From NCBI GenBank assembly GCA_965277285.1, contig OZ255721.1:1568001-1632000 (forward strand): a DNA stretch of 64,000 nt, given 5' to 3'. Positions 50,358-59,388 of this stretch are shown here, one piece after another. A program made the translations under genes and the position numbers. The notes below the pieces were generated by a model that worked only from the letters and a program-made list of their open reading frames with translations, ran no database searches and was not told where the DNA came from. This DNA comes from Abditibacteriaceae bacterium. Its GTDB lineage: Bacteria > Armatimonadota > Abditibacteriia > Abditibacteriales > Abditibacteriaceae. The first letter of the stretch is position 1. Each line of letters starts with the position of its first letter.

Positions 50358-52549
50358 ACCTTTCCCTTTCTTCTCTGGCCGAACGTTTTGCGAGCGTTTT
50401 GCACGATTCACTCGAGTGGCAAACGCGCTTGGAAACGTTGCAGGCACGTAGCCAACGCGCTCAAGAACTGTTGTCGCCATCCCATCTATCGTCGCTTTCC
50501 GAAGCCGAAATTCGCGCCCTGTTTTTCGATTCCGATGCTTTCACCGCCTGGAAAAATCCCGAATCGAACTTTCGTGCGCGCCTCAAAACGCGCGGTTTAG
50601 AAGGTTTGCGCCATGCTTTAGGCCAGTTGATTTCCTGCGCCGAAAAGGATTTAACGCCAGCAGATTTAAGCCGCGTTCTGGCGCTGCGCGGTTTGGGAAA
50701 AGGCTTGTGCAGCGAACTCTTAGCGTATCGCTTTCCGGCGCGCTACTGGATTTGGAACCGCGAAACTTTGCCCGCTTTGCAGTTTCTTTCATTCAAGTTC
50801 GAGACACAGAAAACCGATGCCGAAACGTATTTTGCCTTGCGCGAACCGCTGCATCGAGTACTCGAAACCTTGCACAACGCCGGTTTGGACGCCGATTATT
50901 TGCACGTCGCGCTGTTCCTCGCCTGGACAACGCAAAACGCCAACGACCAGACAGAAACCGCGCCATTATCATGGCAGGACGCGTTGCAGCCGGTTTTCGC
51001 ATCGCGCGGTTTGCATTTTTCACACGAAACATTGGCGGCGTTTGTCACGGCGTTAGAAACCAAAGGTTTCGTGATTCTCAGCGGCATCAGCGGCGTGGGA
51101 AAAACACGATTAGCGCAAGAATTCGCCGCACTGTTGCCGCAACCTTCATCGCGTCCAAGTGCAGGCTCTGCGATCACCATCACGATTCAACCGGCAATGC
51201 TGAAAACTGGGCGCGTTCCACTATCGGGCGCTTTTCAAATCGACTGGCCGCAAACCGACAAAGACGCACTGGTAACGTTCGCCAATCGCAACCATTTATG
51301 TCGCTTGTTACGCGACGATGCAGGACAGATCGAATTGGTTTTACGTGGTGCGGCGCGCAGTTGGTTCACCAAAAACTTTATGGTCGGCGATGTTTTATCG
51401 CTCGAACCCGAAGTCGACAACGACCGCGATTTAATGAATTTGCGCGCCTTTCGGCAAGACGCGATTTCGAGTACTCGAAATACAGAAAAACGCGAGCGCA
51501 ACTTCTTGTTTCTGTCAGTTCGTCCCGATTGGCGCGACTCGAAAGCGTTGCTGGGTTATTACAATCCGCTCAGCGAGCGCTACGAAACAACGCCGTTTTT
51601 GCGTTTTGTGATTGAAGCTCAAAACAGTTTTCGCGCTGACGATGGCGTCGCTTATTTCGTCTTGCTGGATGAAATGAACCTGGCGCGCGTCGAATATTAT
51701 TTCGCTGATTTCTTGAGCGTTTTGGAAGCGGGACGCGACGAACAGGGCTGGACGCGCGAAGCCTTGCAGTTGCAAGCTTCGCCTGACAACAAAGGCGCTT
51801 TTTCGCCCGCAGAACTTCATTTGCCACCGAATTTGTTCTTCATCGGCACGGTGAACGAAGATGAAACGACGCACGCCTTCAGCCCCAAAGTTCTCGACCG
51901 CGCCTGGACAATCGAGTTGAACGAAGTGGATTTCTGCGGGTATTTGCAAAACGAACCCGCACTTGAATGGAGCGAAACCCAACGCGTGGCGCTGGGGCAA
52001 TCTTTGGCGCGCGGTCATCGTTTTACGCATTGGCACAAAAACGATGTCGCGCAAACCCTGGCGCAATTTCCTCAGATTCGACCTCAATTGCAAAACCTGA
52101 ACAATTTGCTGCAACCGCACGAACTGGGTTTTGGTTATCGCGTTTTCGACGAGATCACGATTTTTGTGCGCGCGGCGCAAAATAACGGCTTGTTTGCCAA
52201 CACGTTCAACGACAATCGAGTACTCGAAACGGAAGTTGAGCCGCAGGAAACCGACGCCAAAATGTTCGAGAAATCGTTCGACATCGCGGTGAGCGCGAAA
52301 GTGTTGCCGAAGTTTGCTGGCCGCGCGCGCTTGCAAAAACCGCTGCGCGCCTTGCTGTCGTGGTGTTTGCAACCCGACGCACCGGATGAAAAACCAATCG
52401 ACGACGCTCTGCGCTCAAGTCAAACAAGTTCGGGCGAAACCAAAGTGCTGACAACACAACTCGCCGCTTTATCGTTTGTGTACTCGGTGACAGCTTTGCG
52501 CGCCATCGAACTGCTGAACGATATCCTGTCAAGCGGTTTTGGCAGTTGA
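50354..52549 (+). CDS. McrB-like AAA+ GTPase
   Basis: GISGVGKT, LLDEMNLARVEYYFADFLS, GTVNEDE, FSPKVLDRA, FGYRV. Confidence 0.88.
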   Translation: MNLSLSSLAERFASVLHDSLEWQTRLETLQARSQRAQELLSPSHLSSLSEAEIRALFFDSDAFTAWKNPESNFRARLKTRGLEGLRHALGQLISCAEKDLTPADLSRVLALRGLGKGLCSELLAYRFPARYWIWNRETLPALQFLSFKFETQKTDAETYFALREPLHRVLETLHNAGLDADYLHVALFLAWTTQNANDQTETAPLSWQDALQPVFASRGLHFSHETLAAFVTALETKGFVILSGISGVGKTRLAQEFAALLPQPSSRPSAGSAITITIQPAMLKTGRVPLSGAFQIDWPQTDKDALVTFANRNHLCRLLRDDAGQIELVLRGAARSWFTKNFMVGDVLSLEPEVDNDRDLMNLRAFRQDAISSTRNTEKRERNFLFLSVRPDWRDSKALLGYYNPLSERYETTPFLRFVIEAQNSFRADDGVAYFVLLDEMNLARVEYYFADFLSVLEAGRDEQGWTREALQLQASPDNKGAFSPAELHLPPNLFFIGTVNEDETTHAFSPKVLDRAWTIELNEVDFCGYLQNEPALEWSETQRVALGQSLARGHRFTHWHKNDVAQTLAQFPQIRPQLQNLNNLLQPHELGFGYRVFDEITIFVRAAQNNGLFANTFNDNRVLETEVEPQETDAKMFEKSFDIAVSAKVLPKFAGRARLQKPLRALLSWCLQPDAPDEKPIDDALRSSQTSSGETKVLTTQLAALSFVYSVTALRAIELLNDILSSGFGS

Positions 52550-52591
52550 GCAATGAGAATCAAGAAGATGTCTTTCAAGCGCCAGAGAAAG

Positions 52592-52819
52592 GGAACACGG
52601 AACTTCGTTACATCCGCCCAGAGGGCACCCGGAACGGATAAACACGGATCCGAAATTTCAGATACAAATAACCCAAGTTGTTACCTAATCATTGCCTGCG
52701 AGTGAACTCGCAGGGTATGGCGGCAACTGGGGCCACAAATATGCAATTTCCCATCTACCAAATCCATGTTTATCCGTTCCGGGTGCCCTCTGGGCGGATG
52801 TAACGAAGTTCCGTGTTCC
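52592..52819. repeat. Long inverted-repeat element (family D) enclosing a MITE-like copy
   Basis: 58-bp arms 52592-52649 and 52762-52819, one mismatch; same termini at about 6211-6341. Confidence 0.82.
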
Positions 52820-52827
52820 ATTTCTTT

Positions 52828-54135
52828 TCAGTCGCTCAATTTGTCCAAATCGCGCAATGTCGGCGCAACGAACGACGCGATTGCGACGACGATCAGCGTC
52901 ATGGTGCCGCCGAAAACCACAGACGGAACCGTTCCCATCAGGCGCGCTACGGCACCCGATTCAAAGGCACCGATTTCGTTGGAACTGCCGATAAAAATAT
53001 TATTGACAGCCGAAACGCGACCGCGCATTTCATCCGGCGTGTTTAATTGCAAAAGCGTGCTGCGAATCACAACGCTGACATTATCGAAAGCACCGCTAAT
53101 CGCCAGCAGAACAAACGACAAAACGATGTTTCTTGACAGCGCAAAGGCCACTGTTGCCACGCCGAAACCCGCGACCACAAACAACAATTTGCGTCCGACA
53201 CGATTTCCCACGCCCTGCGGTCGATGCGCCAGCCACAAACTCGTCAAGACCGCGCCCGCCGCCGGAGCCGCGCGCAAAATGCCCAAACCTCGCGCGTCGG
53301 TGTGCAAAATATCGGAAGCGAAAATTGGCAACAATGCGACCGCGCCGCCAAACAAAACTGCAAATAAATCGAGCGCCAGCGCGCCCAGCACAATTTGATT
53401 GGAAAAGACGAAACGCAAGCCTTCGCCGATACTGCGATGAACCGCAATGACGTTGTCGCGCGGTGGAATCGCGGTGCGCGGAATCGTCGCCATAAAAATG
53501 AGGGCGAGCGTCATCATCGTCGCGTCGGTTCCATAGGCCACGCGGGCGCCCAAAAATCCATAAATCAGTCCGCCCAGCGCCGGGCCGCCAATCGACGCGG
53601 TTTGCCATGTCGAACTGCTCCACGTCGCGGAGTTTTCATAAAGTTCGCGCGGCACCAATTGCGCCGCCATGCCCGAAGTCGCTGGCCCCATGAAGCCACG
53701 CGCCAGGCCGCTCAGGAAAATCACCATGTAAATTGGGCGCACATCCAGCAAGAGCGGATCGGGAATGTGCTTATATGTCCATAACGAGTACGCGAACAGC
53801 GACAGCGAGCACACGCACAATATCAGCATCGACCACAAAGCGATTGTTTTGCGGCTGCGAATATCGGCGATATGACCGGCAAAAAGCGCCACGCCAATGG
53901 ACGGAATCGCTTCGGCCAGGCCGATTAGGCCCAGTGAAAGTGGATCGTGTGTCGCTTTATAAATCTGCCAACCGACAGCGACGCCTTGAATCTGCACGCC
54001 GATGGTCATCAAAAAACGAACGAGAATAAAAGCGCGAAACGGCGCGATGCGCAACGCCGCATACGGATCGACGAAGGTTTCAGAGGAAGGCTTGGAAGGA
54101 AGCATGGAAACGTTAAGAAGAAAATCGCTCATCAT
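52828..54135 (-). CDS. MFS transporter (EntS/DHA3-like)
   Basis: AGHIADIRSRK, TPDEMRGRV, SSNEIGAFESG; start 54135 or 54105. Confidence 0.9.
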   Translation of the reverse strand: MMSDFLLNVSMLPSKPSSETFVDPYAALRIAPFRAFILVRFLMTIGVQIQGVAVGWQIYKATHDPLSLGLIGLAEAIPSIGVALFAGHIADIRSRKTIALWSMLILCVCSLSLFAYSLWTYKHIPDPLLLDVRPIYMVIFLSGLARGFMGPATSGMAAQLVPRELYENSATWSSSTWQTASIGGPALGGLIYGFLGARVAYGTDATMMTLALIFMATIPRTAIPPRDNVIAVHRSIGEGLRFVFSNQIVLGALALDLFAVLFGGAVALLPIFASDILHTDARGLGILRAAPAAGAVLTSLWLAHRPQGVGNRVGRKLLFVVAGFGVATVAFALSRNIVLSFVLLAISGAFDNVSVVIRSTLLQLNTPDEMRGRVSAVNNIFIGSSNEIGAFESGAVARLMGTVPSVVFGGTMTLIVVAIASFVAPTLRDLDKLSD

Positions 54136-54404
54136 CTTAACGCAAAGCGTTCCGTATCACAGCTACCAAATGAACCAAAGCGCCTTCGAGTACTCGAATT
54201 GAGAGCGACGCGCTTTTTCGCGGACGAGGTTCAGGTGAATCCTCAACTGTGATCTGCAATCTTGCGAGATCTTGGTAATAGCTCTTATAAATACTCACCG
54301 AACGATCATCGAGTACTCGATGCGGCTGGACGCGATGTCATTGTAAAATGCAGGCCATCTCTTCCAAGCTGTCTTACCAATAACGCGGAATAATTGGGTG
54401 CTTT

Positions 54405-55850
54405 ATGAAACTTCGTTCTTTTTTATTGCAACGCGCTCACATCGCGTTTTCTCTGGTCGCACTCGCTGGTCTCGGTGCCAGTTTCAATTTGGTCGCGCAA
54501 GCGGCGCCGACGGACATTGCGATGCGCGATCCGTCGACCCTTGTCAAGCGCGACGGCGTTTATTACATCTTTGGAACGGGACACGGCACGCCGGAATATT
54601 CTTCGCGCGACCGCTTGACTTGGACACCGCTTGGCCCCGCGCTGCCGCAAGCTCCCCTCTGGCTGAGCGCCGCCGTGCCGCAAAATCGCAATGATAGCGC
54701 ATGGGTGCCTGACATCGCTTTTTTTGACGGCGAGTACCACTTGTATTCCGCGTATTCGTCCCTTGGCAGCAAGCGTTCTGCGATTGGACTGGCAACTAAC
54801 AAAACGCTTGATCCCAAAGGCTGGGTTGATCAAGGCATCGTGGTGCAATCGGACGACGCATTAAGTTTCAACACCATTGATCCCAGCGTGTTTCAAGATG
54901 GCGACGGGCATTGGTGGATGTCCTTCGGTTCCCATTTCGATGGCATCCATGTTATGCCGCTCGACGATCGTACCGGAAAACGCGCTGCCAACAGCCAGCT
55001 AACGCGAATCGCCACGCGCCCCGACGCGCCCGGCAATGCCATCGAAGCCTCAGCGATTTATTTCCACGACGGCTGGTATTACTTGTTCACCAACTGGGGC
55101 AGTTGCTTGCAGGGCGCGCGATCGACCTACAACATTCGCGTCTGTCGCTCGCGCACCGCGACCGGCCCTTACGAAGATCGAACCGGTCGGCGCGCGCTCG
55201 AAGGTGGCGGCTCGCTGTTTCTGGGTTCGGCGATTGATGACGGCACGGGTCGGCCTTTCGATGATCAGGTCGCGCCTGGACACGCCGGAATTTTGCGCGA
55301 CGGCGACCAATACTTTCTTTCCACGGCCTACGAGTGGTCGCGTTTTTTGAACGGCCAAACGACCGTCAATGTCCAGACGCTGGCCTGGGATTTCGCTGGC
55401 TGGCCGCGCGCTGTGCTCGACAACACGCCGTTCAAAATCGTTTCCAATCTGGGAACTCACGCGGTCTTGGAAGCGAGCAACGCCTCAGCGAACGGCGCTG
55501 TTGTACAAACTGATGCCTACGAGGGACGCGCGCTGCAAAAATGGACATTGAAACATCTTGGTGACGGCTATTACAGCATTACCAACGTCGCAAGCGGTTT
55601 AGTCATCGGCACGGTTGGCGGCGCGTCAACGCCTGGTTCCAAAGTCGAACTCGCTCCGTTTCAAAACCTTGATTCGCAAAAATGGTATGCTCGCCAAAAC
55701 GAGGACGGCACTTATTCGCTGCTGCTCAAAAGTAGCAATCAAAGCGTCGCGCTCGATGTTCAAGGCTCTTCGCTCAACGATCAAACGCCGCTGCAAGTCT
55801 GGTCAGACCTGGCCAGCGACGCGCAAAAATGGACGTTTCATCAGAAATAA
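54405..55850 (+). CDS. Secreted GH43 (endo-arabinanase-like) with ricin-B lectin domain
   Basis: RDPS, WVPD, TIDP, IEAS, PGH; QKW repeats. Confidence 0.88.
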   Translation: MKLRSFLLQRAHIAFSLVALAGLGASFNLVAQAAPTDIAMRDPSTLVKRDGVYYIFGTGHGTPEYSSRDRLTWTPLGPALPQAPLWLSAAVPQNRNDSAWVPDIAFFDGEYHLYSAYSSLGSKRSAIGLATNKTLDPKGWVDQGIVVQSDDALSFNTIDPSVFQDGDGHWWMSFGSHFDGIHVMPLDDRTGKRAANSQLTRIATRPDAPGNAIEASAIYFHDGWYYLFTNWGSCLQGARSTYNIRVCRSRTATGPYEDRTGRRALEGGGSLFLGSAIDDGTGRPFDDQVAPGHAGILRDGDQYFLSTAYEWSRFLNGQTTVNVQTLAWDFAGWPRAVLDNTPFKIVSNLGTHAVLEASNASANGAVVQTDAYEGRALQKWTLKHLGDGYYSITNVASGLVIGTVGGASTPGSKVELAPFQNLDSQKWYARQNEDGTYSLLLKSSNQSVALDVQGSSLNDQTPLQVWSDLASDAQKWTFHQK

Positions 55851-56155
55851 AAGTAGGTGATTATCCCTTGACGACACGTAAGGGTATTTTAACGCTCCGC
55901 AATTTCTCGCGGAGCGTTTTTATTTTAGCTGATTTACGAAAGTGGCGCTTTAGGGATAAGTATAGGGATGACTCACCTTTTTCGTATGTGTAAGTAACAA
56001 AAAAGGTAGAGGTTATGCCATTACCCCGTTGTGTTTCCATAACGGGCATAAACGATGTGATAGAATGACATTGACATTGAACGGGCATAAACGCTTGACG
56101 GGTTTCCCTTTATGTGTAAGGGTACGTTATGCCTGTTGTAATTTGGAGGTGAGGG

Positions 56156-56875
56156 ATGGAAAACAATCGTCCAATTCCATACGAAGACATGATTGCTGCG
56201 GTCGGAGAAGAAAACGCCATAGACAACCAACGTCTCGCCACTTTAAGGGAGGACATAGAAAAGCTGGAGGCGACAATCAACTTGCGCATCTCTCTTATTG
56301 AGGACTGGAAGCGAAAATCAGGATACGCAAAACACATGACGGTAAAGACAACGGAACCGTTAGTGACTGCAATAAAGTCACGGCGCAAACGAGGACGCCC
56401 TGCGAGACCCGCTCCCAATTTTGTTTCTCTATTTGCCCCTAACGAGTTTGTGGGTACATCGCAAACCGGCGCTCTTACTCTAATCGCAGGAAAGATTACA
56501 GCAATGGGGCGCAATCAAGATGTTTTTGGGGTTGCCGATGTATTAAGTCTATTGGAGCACGTTGGTTCGCCAATAGGAGGTGAAACTGACTACAATAGGA
56601 ATCAAAATACTTCCAAATTGTTGCGGCGACACAAGGACATTATCAGTGTTGATAAAGGTCGGTACCGGTTCGGTAGGGTTGAATCTCCAAAATCGGAAAA
56701 TCCAACTGCTCAACATGAACCGACAGAACGTGGCGCTCTCAATCAGACGATGCAGTCAGACCTAATGTCTGAGGTGAGCACAGAGGAAAGTAACGGCTAT
56801 TTCGAGAACCGCTCACTCAATTTGCCTTTGCAGGAATTAAGGGAAACGAGCGTTGAGCCGAACCTTCACAATTAG
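56156..56875 (+). CDS. IS passenger, hypothetical probable DNA-binding protein
   Basis: GGAGGTGAGGG RBS; coiled coil, RRKRGRPAR, helix/wing-like segment ending DKGRYRF. Confidence 0.7.
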   Translation: MENNRPIPYEDMIAAVGEENAIDNQRLATLREDIEKLEATINLRISLIEDWKRKSGYAKHMTVKTTEPLVTAIKSRRKRGRPARPAPNFVSLFAPNEFVGTSQTGALTLIAGKITAMGRNQDVFGVADVLSLLEHVGSPIGGETDYNRNQNTSKLLRRHKDIISVDKGRYRFGRVESPKSENPTAQHEPTERGALNQTMQSDLMSEVSTEESNGYFENRSLNLPLQELRETSVEPNLHN

Positions 56876-57091
56876 GCTATGACCGCTGCTAAGGCAGCGT
56901 TAACATACTGCAATAAAAAACCCCACGAATAGCGTCAACTATTCGTGGGGGCGTTGGAAAAGCACTATTAAATGCGTCTCGCAACCATACCGCAGATACT
57001 TTAATACATAACAACGCTTATTGCAAACCAACGTCCTCTTTGGAAGTGCTTCCTCCAAAGGGCTTTTCTCTTTCGAGGAAGGAGTTTGCTA

Positions 57092-57280
57092 ATGAGGAAG
57101 CGCAAAAGAATCGTACCGGCTCGTCGGAGGCATCAATTTCCGCATGGAAAAAATTGCTCCAATGGTGTTTTTTGCTGGTGCCAGCGCAAGGAGCGTTTGG
57201 CACGTCGTACGATGAAACCGCTGAATGTTTCAAGTCACCAGCCCAAACTGCTTATGCGTCGCAAGATCGGTCGCAAGTGA
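57092..57280 (+). CDS. Small basic hypothetical protein in the IS (62 aa)
   Basis: AAGGAG RBS before ATG 57092; hairpin plus T-run at 57283-57324 right after the stop. Confidence 0.5.
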   Translation: MRKRKRIVPARRRHQFPHGKNCSNGVFCWCQRKERLARRTMKPLNVSSHQPKLLMRRKIGRK

Positions 57281-57509
57281 TTTATGTGCCCCTACCAATT
57301 CGTTGGTAGGGGCACATTCTTTTTGTCGTGCGCGTGTGGCACACTATGCCTTAGCTAAGTTTAGCGAGGTGTTGCCATGTGCCAGAAAAAAGACACGAAA
57401 CAGTCAAAAACGATTCTTCATTCTGCCTATCCCGTCAAACAAACAGAACCAGTTGTCAGCGAACACGATAAAGATAACCCTAAACACCTTGAGGACTTTA
57501 ACGCTGTTC

Positions 57510-58373
57510 TCAGTCGCGCGACTTCAAATGACCAAGCAAAAGGTCAAACATAAGCGCGGGGTTATGCCTCATGTTGTAGCGGAAAGCAAACTCATCAACA
57601 TACTTTTGAAGATGCTTTTTCGATACCCAAACATGAGTGCCCGAAACACTCACTTTCAACCGCGACCAGAAGCCTTCAATGGATTGAGTGTGAAACTCGC
57701 CATTGACATACTGCTTTGCACCGTGCTTCACGATGCCGTGAATGTAGCCGTTCGCAGATAGTGAGTTGTAAGCGTTGTATTCGTCAGAACTGATAAGCGT
57801 TTCCGCGAGAACGTTCTGAATCACTTCTTTTGTGAGCGTACTCATCATTACGTTAGGCACAACTTTCGCCTTGACGTTGCCGCCACGCTCTACCATACCG
57901 AAAACAGCAGTTTTGCCAGCCGCACCACGTCCGCGCTTGCCGCGCCGCTTGCCGCCTACATACGTCTCATCAACTTCAACGTGACCCTTAAGTGGCTCCG
58001 TTGAATCTGCGCTACCCATGAGTTTACGAATCTCATGCGCCATGCGCCATGCCGTCTTATAGGTCACTCCAAGCTGACGCTCTAACTCTTTGGCGGGGAC
58101 GCCGTGACGCGATGCCGTCATTAGGTAAATGGCATACATCCACGACTTGAGCGGCGTTGTGGACTTCTCGAATGGGGTGCCTTTCGTCGGGTAAACTTGG
58201 TTCGCGCACCATTGGCACGCATACGAACGGCGCTCTTTAATGCGGTGATACTTGAAAGCGCGCTGGCACTTTGGACACTCTGCTAAAGCGCCAAAACGTA
58301 AGCGGAATATCTCGTCAAGGCAAGCGTCGTCGTTCGGGAAACGTTCGTTAAACTGCGCAATGGTGAACTTCAT
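57510..58373 (-). CDS. IS1595-family (ISXO2-like DDE) transposase
   Basis: Zn ribbon CPKC..CQWC, HTH, VEVDETYVGG, SSDE, HTQSIEGFWS, YVDEFAFRYN. Confidence 0.96.
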   Translation of the reverse strand: MKFTIAQFNERFPNDDACLDEIFRLRFGALAECPKCQRAFKYHRIKERRSYACQWCANQVYPTKGTPFEKSTTPLKSWMYAIYLMTASRHGVPAKELERQLGVTYKTAWRMAHEIRKLMGSADSTEPLKGHVEVDETYVGGKRRGKRGRGAAGKTAVFGMVERGGNVKAKVVPNVMMSTLTKEVIQNVLAETLISSDEYNAYNSLSANGYIHGIVKHGAKQYVNGEFHTQSIEGFWSRLKVSVSGTHVWVSKKHLQKYVDEFAFRYNMRHNPALMFDLLLGHLKSRD

Positions 58374-58584
58374 ACTGCAAGTATAGATTATTCCTTACGT
58401 GTCGTCAAGGGATAATCACCTAAAAGTATTCAACGCGTTGAGGTTTTTTCAACCCGCCGCCCATTTCCATAACGTCGCCTTTAATTTTAGCGACCAAACT
58501 GTGAAGCGAAAAACCACAAAGCGCGCATCGAGTTTCGAGTACTCGATGCGCGCTTTGGTATTTGATGCGTCGGTATTTGATGCG

Positions 58585-59196
58585 TCACAGGTTTTCGGTC
58601 AGGTGCAAGATCGCCATGCCGTTGATAATGCGGCAACGCAATTTTTGCGCGGCGAGAGGAAAGTTGAGGTCGTTTTCCGCATAACGACGATGCCAGGAAT
58701 GCACGCGACCATTGGGCGCGCAAAGGTAAGCGGCGATTTCGCAACCATCGACCGATTCGCCGCTTTTCGTATCGCGCGCAAAAATCAGGATGTGCGCATC
58801 GCTATTTGTTCCCGAAGTTATTCCCGCGCGATCATCGCTGTCGACATCGGAGAAAGGAATGTGCCAGATTTCGATGCGTTGCGCTTGATCGAACAATTGC
58901 TCGGGATTGGTGCTGAAACGTTGGCCCGTCGTCGCGGGAGTGTAAGGCGCTGGAGCGCGCACGGCCAAGCTGTATGTTGGGACGAGCACGGGCACAATTT
59001 GCAGATCGGCGCTATGCAAATCGGCCTCGGTTTGCTGCGACAACAGCACGTCGCTCATGGCGTTCATATCGCTCAAAGCACTGATGTCTGTCGTAGCACC
59101 GATGTCACTCGGCCTGTTCATGTCACTGCTATCATCGGCTGGGAGCGCGTGAAGATTTGGTGCGTTGTGGGCGTTGTTGGGAAGAGTTTCGCTCAT
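58585..59196 (-). CDS. Hypothetical protein
   Basis: ORF with low-complexity N-terminus; start uncertain (59196 or 59295). Confidence 0.55.
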   Translation of the reverse strand: MSETLPNNAHNAPNLHALPADDSSDMNRPSDIGATTDISALSDMNAMSDVLLSQQTEADLHSADLQIVPVLVPTYSLAVRAPAPYTPATTGQRFSTNPEQLFDQAQRIEIWHIPFSDVDSDDRAGITSGTNSDAHILIFARDTKSGESVDGCEIAAYLCAPNGRVHSWHRRYAENDLNFPLAAQKLRCRIINGMAILHLTENL

Positions 59197-59388
59197 AATA
59201 GGTTTGCAAATAAGTGCCGTTTTCCTCCAGACGAGGCCGCAATTAGCAAAGACAATCCACCGTTCGCAGCGCTTGACTTGAATTGTCGGCGCCAATGGTT
59301 TCCAAACGATTAAGCACGCGTTAACGCCAAATAATTTTCGCGTGACGAAACCGTTTCGCGCGCTGCATTACGTAAAAATCTGCATTTA

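Larger units (their letters stand above)
55856..58420 (-). mobile_element. Complete IS1595-family element, 2565 bp, with passenger genes
   Basis: Perfect 28-bp terminal IRs GGTGATTATCCCTTGACGACACGTAAGG (55856-55883 and 58393-58420); 8-bp target duplication TAAAAGTA (55848-55855 and 58421-58428). Confidence 0.96.

Noticed and set aside
48665..52819. McrBC-like pair as a composite mobile element bounded by inverted repeats
   Set aside because: The two flanking elements are unrelated families, with no target duplication or recombinase, and similar repeats occur in many other gaps
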